This document shows positions 18,543 to 28,056 of a stretch of 64,000 bases of DNA, piece after piece; the stretch's first letter is position 1, and each line of letters begins with the position of its first letter. The notes under the pieces are model-generated. The model worked only from the letters and a program-made list of their open reading frames with translations. It was not told where the DNA came from and searched no databases. The translations under genes and the position numbers were made by a program. The stretch covers positions 15,104-79,103 of the forward strand of contig JBAWVS010000002.1 in NCBI GenBank assembly GCA_037147175.1, given 5' to 3'. This DNA comes from a bacterium (lineage in GTDB: Bacteria > Cyanobacteriota > Vampirovibrionia > Gastranaerophilales > UBA9971).

Positions 18543-18605
18543 AACTCTGGACAATCTTTACACAAGTCTGGAGTACTTATACATAAGTCTGGACTATCTT
18601 TTCAT
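18543..18605. repeat. three tandem 21-bp repeats in the divergent promoter region
   Basis: aactctggacaatctttacac / aagtctggagtacttatacat / aagtctggactatcttttcat. Consensus AAGTCTGGAnnAnCTTnnCAT. Contains stop codons in frame, so non-coding. Confidence 0.85.
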
Positions 18606-18779
18606 AAATTATAATTTTTTTCAGCTTATACAAAGTCTTTAGGCATAAATAAATTCTTAACCAATTAAACTATCTTAACGCTTTATTCCCTAAATAGCAG
18701 GTATTTTGCCATGTGTTACCCTGAAGCTGTAGTTATATTTACAAAAAATTTTTATTTTTATTTAAGAAAGGCGGTTTAA

Positions 18780-19283
18780 ATGTTCGGGTATGATTCACTT
18801 TTTAAGGCTATTTACGATGCGCTGGGTTCTGATGTTAACTTATCAGCTATTAAAACAAATACTGATAATATAGAAACTCGTTTAAGTAATGTAGAATCAG
18901 ATTTAACAACATTAAAAATACACACCCCATGGGCGGAATTAGCAAGCACAGGTGTTTTAATACCTACTAATTACGGTAAAGGCACTATAAATTCTGGTTC
19001 ATCAGCTATGGTGCAACCCGAATATGTTGTACCAGCAGGTCATGTTTGTTATGTTAAAACTGTTGGCTGGGCAACAACAGGATTTGCTACTGTAAGACTT
19101 GATATTATAATTGATTCTGTTACAACTGGTATATATTTAGGTGGCGGAACGCAGGGTTCAGCTAATTTAGACGGAGTTATAAGAGTTCCTGCCGGTGGCG
19201 CAATAAGATTATTTATAAATAATGAAGCAGGTGCTACCATAAGCCAAATTAGCAGCCTCATAGCAATATCGGTAGCCGAATAA
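18780..19283 (+). CDS. hypothetical protein, phage tail-fibre-like (N-terminal coiled coil plus beta-rich C-domain)
   Basis: 167 aa. SAIKTNTDNIETRLSNVESDLTTLK resembles the short trimeric coiled-coil segments of phage fibre proteins (recollection). SD AAGGCGG. The stop overlaps the next start (TAATG). Confidence 0.5.
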   Translation: MFGYDSLFKAIYDALGSDVNLSAIKTNTDNIETRLSNVESDLTTLKIHTPWAELASTGVLIPTNYGKGTINSGSSAMVQPEYVVPAGHVCYVKTVGWATTGFATVRLDIIIDSVTTGIYLGGGTQGSANLDGVIRVPAGGAIRLFINNEAGATISQISSLIAISVAE

Positions 19284-21571
19284 TGACTTTTATACAACCT
19301 AAAGCTTACCAAAACTGTATAGTAGATTTAAGAGCAGGTCTTGATGCAAATAACGGAGTCTTATATAACTATGCAAAAGATTATAACCCTGCAAATGCGG
19401 CAGGAGATGCCATTATTTCAGGTTTGCCAGCACCTTATGTCAGCGGAAACGGAACAGATTCCCCTTATTATATAAGATTATTAGGTGACGGCAGTAAAAT
19501 TTCCATTGACCCATCCTCTAAACTGCATTTAGGAAGTACCGTAACAGTTGAATTTATCTTTGCCGTTGAAGACGATTTAATGGAAAAATATAATGATTAT
19601 GATGTTAATAAGGAATATTTTCATTGTATGAAGGCAGGTTCGTGGAGTTTATTACAAAATGGTATTCAATTTTATGCTTCCGTACAATCTATTGGTACTT
19701 TAATCGGCTATGGTTCTGAAAAAAGCACTTATGCCAATGAAATTAATCAATATGCAATAACCTATGATAATAATAATCTATTACAATATTTTAACAGAAT
19801 GCCTGTAATGGAAACCCATGTAGCAAGAGATATGACTTATCTTAACGAAGGCGATGGGATTATTATACAAAGTTTTTATGGAAAACCTTTGAGGGTATAC
19901 GGATTAAGAGTTTACAATAAAATTTTAACCACTGAGGAATTAACATACAACTATAATCTTATTTTTAACACGAGCCAAACAAGCGATTTACTGGTTTCCA
20001 ATGAAATTACAAAGACATTGCCTGATAATTTTGTCGGAACAAATTGGTTCGGTCCGTGGGAAGATACAGACCTTGCAAAAATACTTATTGATAATTTAAA
20101 CAGCAAAAACCAGATGGATATTTTCGCAAAAAACATAAAATTATCAGGATTTGATGTAATAAGATTCCCTGGAGGAGCATCGGTTACTTATACTCACTAC
20201 GGAAAACCCTATAGTGACCTGTGTCAGGGCGTACATAATTTTTGTGTAAATAATGATTTGCCTGACTGTACCCCGAAAACCGAATCATCAATAATGTTTC
20301 CTGATGCTGTACTTGATTTTTGCAAAAATCATAACTTTAAAGTCCAATATCAGCTTAATATTGACACATATTTTGACAGTCAGGACAATACCGTTAAATA
20401 TATAAAAAATGATAATGTTATAGAGGGCTCTAGAGATTACGGTTCTGGAACTGTTGACTGGACAAAAATGGAGATTGCAAGTAATACCGCAAAGGCTCTT
20501 GTTCAACACATTGTAGATTCAGGCTATAGTGATGTTATTTATAGTTTTGAAATAGGCAATGAGAACTATGGTTCTTGCGGTGGTTGCGGGACTTATAGCG
20601 GTTCTGAATACGCCAGAATTTGCGATTTATTTATTTCAAAAATAAGAGAAATAAGTCAGGATTTTAAATTTACTGTTATTGCTAATGATAAATACGATGT
20701 CCCCACTGACCCTGCTAGAGCTTATATAACAAATCCATTTTTTACAAGAGATTTGGTTAATAGTTCTTATTTTTCTCCGTACAAAAATGATGACAAAATA
20801 ATCTATTCGCCTCATCACTACCCTATGAAGCCTTACTATTTGTCTTCTAGCCAAACAATGACTAATTTTGACAGATATTGCGATATTATTCTTAACGGAT
20901 CTGTTTTTGACTGTAGAGAAGTAGACAAGTATCTTTCAGAATTAGGGGTTACAAATCCAAATATTGTGGTCGGAGAATTTAACTCTATTAATACAGGAAC
21001 TGCATTTTTTCAGACGTGGGCTTCTGCTCTGGGAGTTGCCAGATTTATTATTTCAGCGGCAAATAACAGCGGAACATTAAAAATATTGCACTTCAACCTT
21101 TTTAAAACGTGGAGAGGTATAACTTTTGATGGCGGTTCTTTTGGAACAATGCAATATTCAACAAATAAGAAAGATTTAGCAAGTTTATTTGTCAGATTCC
21201 CTGTTAGTTATGTAATATCACTGCTCAATAAATATATATTTAGAAATATACTGAATAATAATTCAAAAACACAGGGTGTTGAGTCTGTAATAAGCAGTCA
21301 GGGCAACTATTACAGTATCGTAATTTTCAACGGCAATATTGACAGAACAATAGCACTTGATTTAGGCGGTTTAAATTTAAATTTTGTTCAAAAAATTGTA
21401 CTGGGTGAAGATGTTCCGCTTAGTTTTGCTCCGCTTTCTAGTGCTGATAATAACGACAATCCTGCCACTATCAAGACAATGAAAACAAAAATAGATAAAA
21501 CCCCTATAGACATTAACAGTATTAGCCTAAAAAGTAATACTTTGACGGTGTTGTTATTACGTAAACAATAA
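19283..21571 (+). CDS. LamG/concanavalin-like domain fused to a clan GH-A (TIM-barrel) glycoside hydrolase-like domain
   Basis: The N-domain ends with LRVYGLRVYNKILTTEELTYNYN (LamG-type terminal strand). The C-domain has FEIGNENYG (acid/base GNE) and IVVGEFNS (candidate nucleophile). No signal peptide seen. Confidence 0.55.
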   Translation: MTFIQPKAYQNCIVDLRAGLDANNGVLYNYAKDYNPANAAGDAIISGLPAPYVSGNGTDSPYYIRLLGDGSKISIDPSSKLHLGSTVTVEFIFAVEDDLMEKYNDYDVNKEYFHCMKAGSWSLLQNGIQFYASVQSIGTLIGYGSEKSTYANEINQYAITYDNNNLLQYFNRMPVMETHVARDMTYLNEGDGIIIQSFYGKPLRVYGLRVYNKILTTEELTYNYNLIFNTSQTSDLLVSNEITKTLPDNFVGTNWFGPWEDTDLAKILIDNLNSKNQMDIFAKNIKLSGFDVIRFPGGASVTYTHYGKPYSDLCQGVHNFCVNNDLPDCTPKTESSIMFPDAVLDFCKNHNFKVQYQLNIDTYFDSQDNTVKYIKNDNVIEGSRDYGSGTVDWTKMEIASNTAKALVQHIVDSGYSDVIYSFEIGNENYGSCGGCGTYSGSEYARICDLFISKIREISQDFKFTVIANDKYDVPTDPARAYITNPFFTRDLVNSSYFSPYKNDDKIIYSPHHYPMKPYYLSSSQTMTNFDRYCDIILNGSVFDCREVDKYLSELGVTNPNIVVGEFNSINTGTAFFQTWASALGVARFIISAANNSGTLKILHFNLFKTWRGITFDGGSFGTMQYSTNKKDLASLFVRFPVSYVISLLNKYIFRNILNNNSKTQGVESVISSQGNYYSIVIFNGNIDRTIALDLGGLNLNFVQKIVLGEDVPLSFAPLSSADNNDNPATIKTMKTKIDKTPIDINSISLKSNTLTVLLLRKQ

Positions 21572-21579
21572 CAGCTAAT

Positions 21580-22299
21580 TTATGCCTTTTTGTTAAATAT
21601 TTCGTTGTTTAAAAATTCATTCACAACTTTAAGACTATTTGGAAAATACAATTCAACAGTTTTTGAATTATTTACTTTGTTAAAAGCCAATCTGAACAAT
21701 TCTGCAAAAGTTTCAGTGATTGCTGTCTGTCTGATTTGCTTTGGTTTATTATCCTGTACAAAATGTCTTAGACTTAGATTTTTGTCATTTTTTATTATTT
21801 CATAATTTTTTTTAAAATCTTTTTCATACGCATTGATAAACTCTTGAGTGCTGGAGTAAGTCAAATCTTTTAAATCATTTATATTTCCAAAATTTTTGTA
21901 TGCATCAATAAAATGCCCGAGTTCATGATATAAAATTGCTCCTATATGTTCTGTTTTTAAATTTTTTGAAAAAAGTACAATTCTTCTAATTTCATCACTC
22001 ATAACACCGCGTGATTCTTCGTCAAAATCAATTTTATATCCATAATTATTGTTAATTGTTTGTTCCAAATAAATGTCAGAAAACTTATAACCGACAAAAA
22101 CGGACATTGTTTTATCAAGAAACAGTTTTGTGATTTCAATATTTAAATTTTTTAATTCATCTATTAGAGTTTTTAAAAATTTTTCATCAACATTTAACCC
22201 ATTTTGAATTTCAAGAGGAATTTTTAAATCATTATCAATGATAACTTTTGGATTATCAAAGATTTTTAAATTATATTTAGAATTATTCCAATTTTCCAT
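21580..22299 (-). CDS. ATLF/PPEP-like zinc metalloprotease-domain protein
   Basis: LYHELGHFIDA (HExxH), then SSTQEFINAYEKDF and ETFAELFRLAF (downstream Glu ligand motif), as in the anthrax lethal factor-like / Pro-Pro endopeptidase family (from memory). Start placed at ATG 22299 (MENWNN) because a terminator hairpin abuts the upstream ATG at 22350. Confidence 0.55.
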   Translation of the reverse strand: MENWNNSKYNLKIFDNPKVIIDNDLKIPLEIQNGLNVDEKFLKTLIDELKNLNIEITKLFLDKTMSVFVGYKFSDIYLEQTINNNYGYKIDFDEESRGVMSDEIRRIVLFSKNLKTEHIGAILYHELGHFIDAYKNFGNINDLKDLTYSSTQEFINAYEKDFKKNYEIIKNDKNLSLRHFVQDNKPKQIRQTAITETFAELFRLAFNKVNNSKTVELYFPNSLKVVNEFLNNEIFNKKA

Positions 22300-22351
22300 A
22301 TTATTACCATTGAGATTTTGTTTAACAACTCTAATTTGCCATAATAACATA

Positions 22352-22379
22352 AAAAGCTCAGCATTTTGTTGAGCTTTTT
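22352..22379 (-). terminator. hairpin terminator after tRNA-Arg
   Basis: aaaagctca / gcattttgt / tgagctttt. Confidence 0.5.
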
Positions 22380-22406
22380 ATGAAAAATATAAATTAAATT
22401 TATATA

Positions 22407-22480
22407 CACGCTTGGAGGGATTCGAACCCCCGACCTTCTGGTTCGTAGCCAGACACTCTATCCAGCTGAGCTACAAGCGC
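22407..22480 (-). tRNA. tRNA-Arg (anticodon ACG)
   Basis: The reverse complement GCGCTTGTAGCTCAGCTGGATAGAGTGTCTGGCTACGAACCAGAAGGTCGGGGGTTCGAATCCCTCCAAGCGTG folds as a 74-nt cloverleaf. Anticodon loop CTACGAA, T-loop GGTTCGAAT. CCA is not encoded. Confidence 0.95.
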
Positions 22481-22606
22481 ATAATCTATTTAATTTTTCT
22501 TAAAATAAATATAGCATAAACATATAGACACAATCATGATAAAGAAAAAATTTTTACTGTAAAACGAAGAAAAGATGTTTACACAAACTTATAGTAAAAT
22601 GTTTTT

Positions 22607-24607
22607 ATGTCCAGACCTTTACAAGTTATATCAAAATATGCTCCTGCAGGCGATCAGCCGAAAGCCATAAACGAACTTTCGGCGGGGATAAAATTTGGCT
22701 ACAAAAATCAAACTTTGCTCGGAGTTACCGGCTCCGGAAAAACTTATACTGTTGCACATGTTATTCAAAATATTCAAAAACCGACTTTAATAATTGCCCA
22801 CAATAAAACACTTGCAGCACAACTTTATAACGAAATGCGAGAGCTTTTCCCCAATAATGCGGTTGAGTATTTTATAAGCTATTACGACTACTATCAACCT
22901 GAAGCTTATATTCCGAGAACAGATACTTACATTGAAAAAACCTCCAGTATTAATGATGAAATCGACCGTTTAAGGCACAGTACTACAAGAAGCCTTTTTG
23001 AAAGGCAGGATGTAATTGTAGTTGCGAGTGTAAGCTGTATTTACGGACTGGGTTTACCCGAAAATTATTTTAAAGGCTCCATAAAAATTTCTGTAGGCGA
23101 TTCTGTAGATAGGGATGAGCTTTTAAGACATCTTGTAAACGTGCATTACGAAAGAAATGATATTGAACTGGAACGAGGTTGTTTCAGGGCAAGAGGTGAT
23201 TTTGTAGAAATAAAACCTGCTTATGAAAATATAATAATAAGAATACAGTTTTTTGGCGATGAAATAGAGAAAATTTCACGAATTAATCCAACGACAGGTG
23301 AAATTATTGAAATTTGCGCAAGAGTTGTTATTTATCCCGCTGTTCATTATTTATCAGGAGATGAGGATACTAAAGAAACCTGTCAACTTATTAAAAATGA
23401 ATTAACTGAACGTGTTAACGAACTTAACAGCCAAAATAAGATTCTGGAAGCCCAAAGACTTCTTCAACGAACACATCATGACTTAGAAATGATTAGAGAA
23501 GTCGGATATTGCAACGGAATTGAAAATTATTCAAGAATTTTTGAAAGAAGAGAAGCGGGAACACCTCCTGCAACTTTGATTGATTATTTTCCCGATGACT
23601 TCTTGCTTATAATTGACGAATCACATGTAACTATTCCACAGATAAAAGCAATGTATAACGGCGACAGAGCAAGAAAAGATGTGCTTATAGATTATGGTTT
23701 CAGGCTTCCATGCTCAAGAGATAACAGACCTTTAAAAGCAGAAGAATTCTGGAAAAGAATTCAACGGGCAATATTTGTCTCTGCGACACCGGCGGAATAT
23801 GAACTGGGTATTTCCGAACAGGTGGTCGAGCAAATCATTAGACCTACAGGGCTTATCGATCCGGAAATTGATATTCGCCCTATAAACAATCAGGTTGATG
23901 ATTTAATTGTGGAAATCAAAAAAAGAGCTGACAAAAAAGAGCGCATACTTATTACCACTTTAACCAAAAAAATGTCTGAAGACCTTACGGATTATTTTTT
24001 ACAGCTTGGAATCAGGGTAAGATATTTGCACAGCGAAATTCAATCTCTTGAAAGAGTGCAAATCCTTAGAGATTTGAGGCTTGGGGAATTTGATGTCCTA
24101 ATCGGGGTAAATCTTTTAAGGGAAGGTCTTGATTTGCCGGAAGTAACCCTTGTTGCAATTATGGATGCTGACAAAGAAGGCTTTCTGCGGTCGGAAACAA
24201 GCCTTATTCAGACAGTGGGAAGAGCCGCAAGAAATTCTTACGGAAAAGTTATAATGTATGCCGATAAAATTACTAACAGCATCAAAAAAGCCACTGAAGA
24301 AACCGATAGAAGAAGAGAAATTCAGAAAGAATATAACAGAATCAATAATATTACACCTAAAACTATTGTTAAACCCCTTTCTAACAATCTTTTAGAGATG
24401 GTAAACAGTTTTCGCAGTCTGGAAGATGTTATTGCAGAAAAAATGGTTGAAATAGACGCAAAAATAAGCGATCTTCCCAAAATAATAGAAAAACTTGAAA
24501 AAGAAATGCATTCCGCCGCTAAAATTCTTGATTTTGAAAAAGCTGCAGAAATTCGTGATAAATTAAAGCAGCTCCGAGAAATGCACAAAGCTTTTTTGAA
24601 TAAATAA
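22607..24607 (+). CDS. uvrB: excinuclease ABC subunit B
   Basis: Walker A GVTGSGKT, beta-hairpin region [10 protein letters not shown], helicase motifs and the C-terminal UVR domain ([14 protein letters not shown]). Confidence 0.97.
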   Translation: MSRPLQVISKYAPAGDQPKAINELSAGIKFGYKNQTLLGVTGSGKTYTVAHVIQNIQKPTLIIAHNKTLAAQLYNEMRELFPNNAVEYFISYYDYYQPEAYIPRTDTYIEKTSSINDEIDRLRHSTTRSLFERQDVIVVASVSCIYGLGLPENYFKGSIKISVGDSVDRDELLRHLVNVHYERNDIELERGCFRARGDFVEIKPAYENIIIRIQFFGDEIEKISRINPTTGEIIEICARVVIYPAVHYLSGDEDTKETCQLIKNELTERVNELNSQNKILEAQRLLQRTHHDLEMIREVGYCNGIENYSRIFERREAGTPPATLIDYFPDDFLLIIDESHVTIPQIKAMYNGDRARKDVLIDYGFRLPCSRDNRPLKAEEFWKRIQRAIFVSATPAEYELGISEQVVEQIIRPTGLIDPEIDIRPINNQVDDLIVEIKKRADKKERILITTLTKKMSEDLTDYFLQLGIRVRYLHSEIQSLERVQILRDLRLGEFDVLIGVNLLREGLDLPEVTLVAIMDADKEGFLRSETSLIQTVGRAARNSYGKVIMYADKITNSIKKATEETDRRREIQKEYNRINNITPKTIVKPLSNNLLEMVNSFRSLEDVIAEKMVEIDAKISDLPKIIEKLEKEMHSAAKILDFEKAAEIRDKLKQLREMHKAFLNK

Positions 24608-24635
24608 ACCGATAATTATTGTAAAAACCGTCTTG

Positions 24636-25037
24636 TTAAGAGCAAAATCTGTTCTTAAGATTTTGAGGGATTTTACTCATGTGCATAATTTTATTAATAG
24701 TTTTTAAAAGCGTCTCAGAGGTTATCGGTTTTACAAGAAAACCTTTTGCTCCAATTTGAATTGATTCAATTATCAGGTTTCTCAACGCCGTTGAAGAACA
24801 AATAATAACATTTGCATTTTCGTCCTGATTTATTATTTGATCTAAAATAGCAATACCGTTGGCGTCCGGCATAACTATATCAAGCAGAACAATATCAGGA
24901 TTTAAGTCTTTGTACAAGGCTACCGCATCTTGCCCATTTTTTGCCTCGCCAATAATTTCATGTTGTTCTTTTTCGAGGAACTTCTTTAAAATAGTTCTCT
25001 GTACTGTAGAATCATCAACAATTAAAACTTTAGCCAT
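24636..25037 (-). CDS. single-domain response regulator (CheY-like receiver)
   Basis: MAKVLIVDDS...DIVLLDIVMPDANG...GAKGFLVKP: receiver-domain Asp pocket and conserved Lys. 133 aa with no output domain. Confidence 0.85.
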   Translation of the reverse strand: MAKVLIVDDSTVQRTILKKFLEKEQHEIIGEAKNGQDAVALYKDLNPDIVLLDIVMPDANGIAILDQIINQDENANVIICSSTALRNLIIESIQIGAKGFLVKPITSETLLKTINKIMHMSKIPQNLKNRFCS

Positions 25038-25194
25038 TCCTAACCTCTAAATTTAGTTACTGCCTCTACTATATATAGAATTCCCAAATTTTTTATAAAA
25101 TAACCCCTATATTTTCGGTTTTTATATATTTTACATTTGTTAATAATTTGTATACGTTTGTTGTTATATAAATATATATAGCATTAACAGCTTT

Positions 25195-25779
25195 TTAGTA
25201 TTCAATACCTTTGCGTGCAGTAACACCTATGTCCCAATAATGTTTAATAGGGCAGATTTCCGAAACAAGATGCGACAGTTTTATTATCTCAGGATGGGCA
25301 TGCCTACCTGTAAGAACAATTTCAAGAGCCTCCGGTTTATTTTTAAGAAAATCTTTCATTTCTTCAAGACTTATTAACCCCAGCTCTATAGCAATGTTAG
25401 CTTCATCAAGCACGATAAGATCAAACTCTCCTGACGCTGCAGCCTGTTGTGCTGCTTTCCAGCCGTAATTAACAGCGTTTTTATCTTCATCAGAGAGATT
25501 GTTTTTATAGACAATTCTGTCTATTCCTGCCTGAATTATTTTTAACTGATTCATAAGTTTCGGGCTGAGTTCTCTGAAAGAAAACAACTCTCCATATCCA
25601 TTCCCGCCTTTGGCGAACATGACAATAAGAACTTTCCAACCTCGACCTAATGCTCTCATTGTTAACCCGAGAGAGGCAGTGGTTTTTCCTTTGCCATCAC
25701 CGGTGTAAACCTGAATATAGCCAATTTTATCAAACTTTGGATTAAACAGTTCTTCTGATGAAAGTTTTTCATTATGCAT
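25195..25779 (-). CDS. cobO: cob(I)yrinic acid a,c-diamide / cob(I)alamin adenosyltransferase (CobA/CobO/BtuR type)
   Basis: YTGDGKGKTTASLGLTMRALGRGWKVLIVMFAKG...LIVLDEANIAIELGLI...TGRHAHPEI matches the family pattern. Confidence 0.85.
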   Translation of the reverse strand: MHNEKLSSEELFNPKFDKIGYIQVYTGDGKGKTTASLGLTMRALGRGWKVLIVMFAKGGNGYGELFSFRELSPKLMNQLKIIQAGIDRIVYKNNLSDEDKNAVNYGWKAAQQAAASGEFDLIVLDEANIAIELGLISLEEMKDFLKNKPEALEIVLTGRHAHPEIIKLSHLVSEICPIKHYWDIGVTARKGIEY

Positions 25780-25820
25780 GACTTAAAACCTTATGAAAAA
25801 TCATGTTCATGATATGGCTC

Positions 25821-25860
25821 AAAAAAAGTCAGGTCAAGTATTCTTTTGTCCACACTTGAC
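25821..25860 (-). terminator. possible terminator of the 410-aa gene
   Basis: Minus strand: GTCAAGT / 14-nt loop / ACTTGAC, then tgacTTTTTTT. Confidence 0.35.
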
Positions 25861-25929
25861 GGGCAATAGTCATGAAATATTATTTTTTTGAAACCATGCA
25901 GTATTTTTCTTACTTGTTAATAACTGAAA

Positions 25930-27162
25930 TCAATATTCATTGGAATCATAATTTTGTGCAGCGGGTTCATTTGATAACCCGTCTGACGAGTCACCTTGAG
26001 ATATAGAAGGTTTAAGAACAGCGACCATTGAAGATATTGCTGCATCTGCTTCTTTTTTTCTATTTATAGTTTCATTTATTTTAGCTATTTTTTGCAAGAC
26101 TTCAGGATTAAGAGGAGTCATTGCTCCATCTATTGCTGCTTTTGTAGCCTCTGTAATAGAAGTCCCTTGTTCCAGAGCATCTGTTACTATAGCCTTTGCT
26201 ATGCCTTTTCTTGCTGCGGCTATATTGGGGGCATGCTCAGCGGTTAGTTCTGTCATCCTGGCTTCTACATCTTGTACTATTCTTGCTACATCTTCAGCGA
26301 CCGAATCACCTTCTGTACTGGCAACAGTATCTGTAATTTCTGGTGCTGCACCTCCTATTCCTGCGGCTGCCGCTGCTCCACGGACAAATCCAGGTTTGGT
26401 TACGTTAGAAAGGATTTCCTGAAAAGCGTTTGGAATATTTTTAATACTTTGCCATGTAGCTTCAATAATATTAAGATTTTTTCCTGTATTTATGCCGGCT
26501 GAAGTTAGAGCCGAATTTGCAGAATATACGGAAATACCGCCAATACAAGTACCTGCCCCAATATCATAAAAAGATTTTTCTTTTTCGATATGATCTTTAG
26601 CCTTATTAAATTTGCGAATACCTTTATATGCCTGATATGCACCGGTTGCAAGACCGAACGCCACAAGCAATATTCCTACTGGACTGTGTCCCTTTGCATT
26701 TTTGCATTTGGCATTCAAAAATGTTATCCCTGCAATAGCACCAGCACCAACCGCCATATTAGTCGGACTGGAAATCAAAGTAGTTGCCGGAGATATTGCA
26801 CCTTTGCCAAAATTCTTTGCCGCTTCTTGCCAATTTATATTATCTTTTTTAACATGTTTTTTTGAAGATTTTTCTTTTTTTACTTCATTATCAGATTCTT
26901 CTTTTACTTTTTTTGAAGGTTTTTCGCTTTTAACTTCGTCATCAGATTCTTCTTCGCTTGCTTTTTTTGAAGATTTTTCTTCTTTTACTTCATTATCAGA
27001 TTCTTCTTTTACTTTTTTTGAAGTGGAAAGGTCCAGTTTATCTTTTTCAGCTTCATCTTCACTACCTTTAAATCCCACTTTTAAAGGCTGCTTAGGAGTA
27101 TTATTTATTGATCTTATATTTGTTCTAAATGTTGGTGTATTCAGAACCAAGTTATTCATCAT
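25930..27162 (-). CDS. hypothetical membrane-associated protein with acidic/lysine-rich tandem repeats
   Basis: 410 aa. N-terminal repeats KKVKEESDNEVKEEKSS / KKASEEESDDEVKSEKPS / KKVKEESDNEVKKEKSS, central Gly/Ala-rich hydrophobic segments (MAVGAGAIAGITF, VGILLVAFGLATGAY), Ala-rich C-terminal half. No family recognised. Confidence 0.55.
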   Translation of the reverse strand: MMNNLVLNTPTFRTNIRSINNTPKQPLKVGFKGSEDEAEKDKLDLSTSKKVKEESDNEVKEEKSSKKASEEESDDEVKSEKPSKKVKEESDNEVKKEKSSKKHVKKDNINWQEAAKNFGKGAISPATTLISSPTNMAVGAGAIAGITFLNAKCKNAKGHSPVGILLVAFGLATGAYQAYKGIRKFNKAKDHIEKEKSFYDIGAGTCIGGISVYSANSALTSAGINTGKNLNIIEATWQSIKNIPNAFQEILSNVTKPGFVRGAAAAAGIGGAAPEITDTVASTEGDSVAEDVARIVQDVEARMTELTAEHAPNIAAARKGIAKAIVTDALEQGTSITEATKAAIDGAMTPLNPEVLQKIAKINETINRKKEADAAISSMVAVLKPSISQGDSSDGLSNEPAAQNYDSNEY

Positions 27163-27266
27163 TTTTTCTCCGATGCTTTAATTGACTTCTTTCCAATTAG
27201 TTAAAGTGCTGTAAAAGAAAAAATTGCTATTTTGCCGCCTTAAATTTTACATAAATTTACAATTAT

Positions 27267-27395
27267 TTAAGAGCCTATCTTGTTAAAAATATAAAAATCG
27301 AGATATACAAGTTTGATAGGCTCGTTTTAAGGACTGCGGTTAAAATCGTAAACGGCTTGTTTGACAAGGCGGTTTTGATTTTAACAAGACAGCTT
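27267..27395. repeat. conserved intergenic hairpin element, copy 2 (with an extra ~50-nt hairpin)
   Basis: The core at 27331-27395 matches 12316-12380 at 64 of 65 positions. Between the shared left flank (ttaagagcctatc) and the core lies an extra inverted repeat gagcctatc...gataggctc (27271-27323) that copy 1 lacks. Confidence 0.9.
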
Positions 27396-27414
27396 GTAAA
27401 CTTATTTTCTGCAT

Positions 27415-27447
27415 AAAAAAAGAGATGAGAAAAAGCATCTCTTTTTT
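27415..27447 (-). terminator. rho-independent terminator after lemA
   Basis: A6, agagatg / 8-nt loop / catctct, T5-6. Confidence 0.7.
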
Positions 27448-27462
27448 ATGATTTATATTTTC

Positions 27463-28053
27463 TTAAAATTGCACGTTTGGAGAGGATTTTTTAGCTTCAT
27501 CAGCCTGAAAATATTCTCTTTTTTCAATTCCGATCATTCCTGCAACAATATTTGTCGGGAAAACTCTTATTTGGCCGTTTATAATCTGAACATTGTCGTT
27601 AAAATCCTTTCTTGCAACGGCAATCCTATTTTCTGTTCCGGCAAGTTCATCCTGAAGATTAATAAAAACTCTGTCAGCTTTAAGTTGAGGATAATTTTCA
27701 GATATTGCAAGCAATCTTGAAAGAGCTCCAGACATTTCGCCTTCTGCCTGACCGATTTGTTTCATATTTCCTGATTTAATTGCACCTGAAAGCTTTGATC
27801 TTGATTCAGCCACAGAAATATAAATGTCTTTTTCGTGTTTTGCGTAGCCTTTAACTGTACTTACAAGGTTTGGAATTAAGTCGCCACGTCTTTGCAGTTG
27901 GTTTTCTACCTGACTCCAATTAGAGTTGACCGATTCATCGAGAGTTTGAAGTCTGTTATAAATTCCTATAAAATTCATAAAAGTAATCACTAATAGAAGT
28001 CCTATTACTCCTAAAACTATCAAAACAGTATTTAAAGCGCCTTTTCTTTTCAT
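27463..28053 (-). CDS. lemA: LemA family protein
   Basis: N-terminal TM helix followed by YNRLQTLDESVNSNWSQVENQLQRRGDLIPNLV...YPQLKA, the LemA signature. Confidence 0.85.
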   Translation of the reverse strand: MKRKGALNTVLIVLGVIGLLLVITFMNFIGIYNRLQTLDESVNSNWSQVENQLQRRGDLIPNLVSTVKGYAKHEKDIYISVAESRSKLSGAIKSGNMKQIGQAEGEMSGALSRLLAISENYPQLKADRVFINLQDELAGTENRIAVARKDFNDNVQIINGQIRVFPTNIVAGMIGIEKREYFQADEAKKSSPNVQF

Positions 28054-28056
28054 TTT

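Noticed and set aside
18423-18779. Search for an att-type direct repeat of the tRNA-Arg 3' end, to delimit a prophage or island.
   Set aside because: No segment resembling cacgcttggagggattcgaa was seen by eye, and there is no integrase gene. The island idea is kept only as a low-confidence inference.
26702-27181. Long plus-strand ORFs (159, 91, 76 and 73 aa) antisense to the 410-aa gene.
   Set aside because: They are low-complexity mirror images of the repeat-rich sense frame. They have no SD and their translations are Ser/Phe-rich nonsense.
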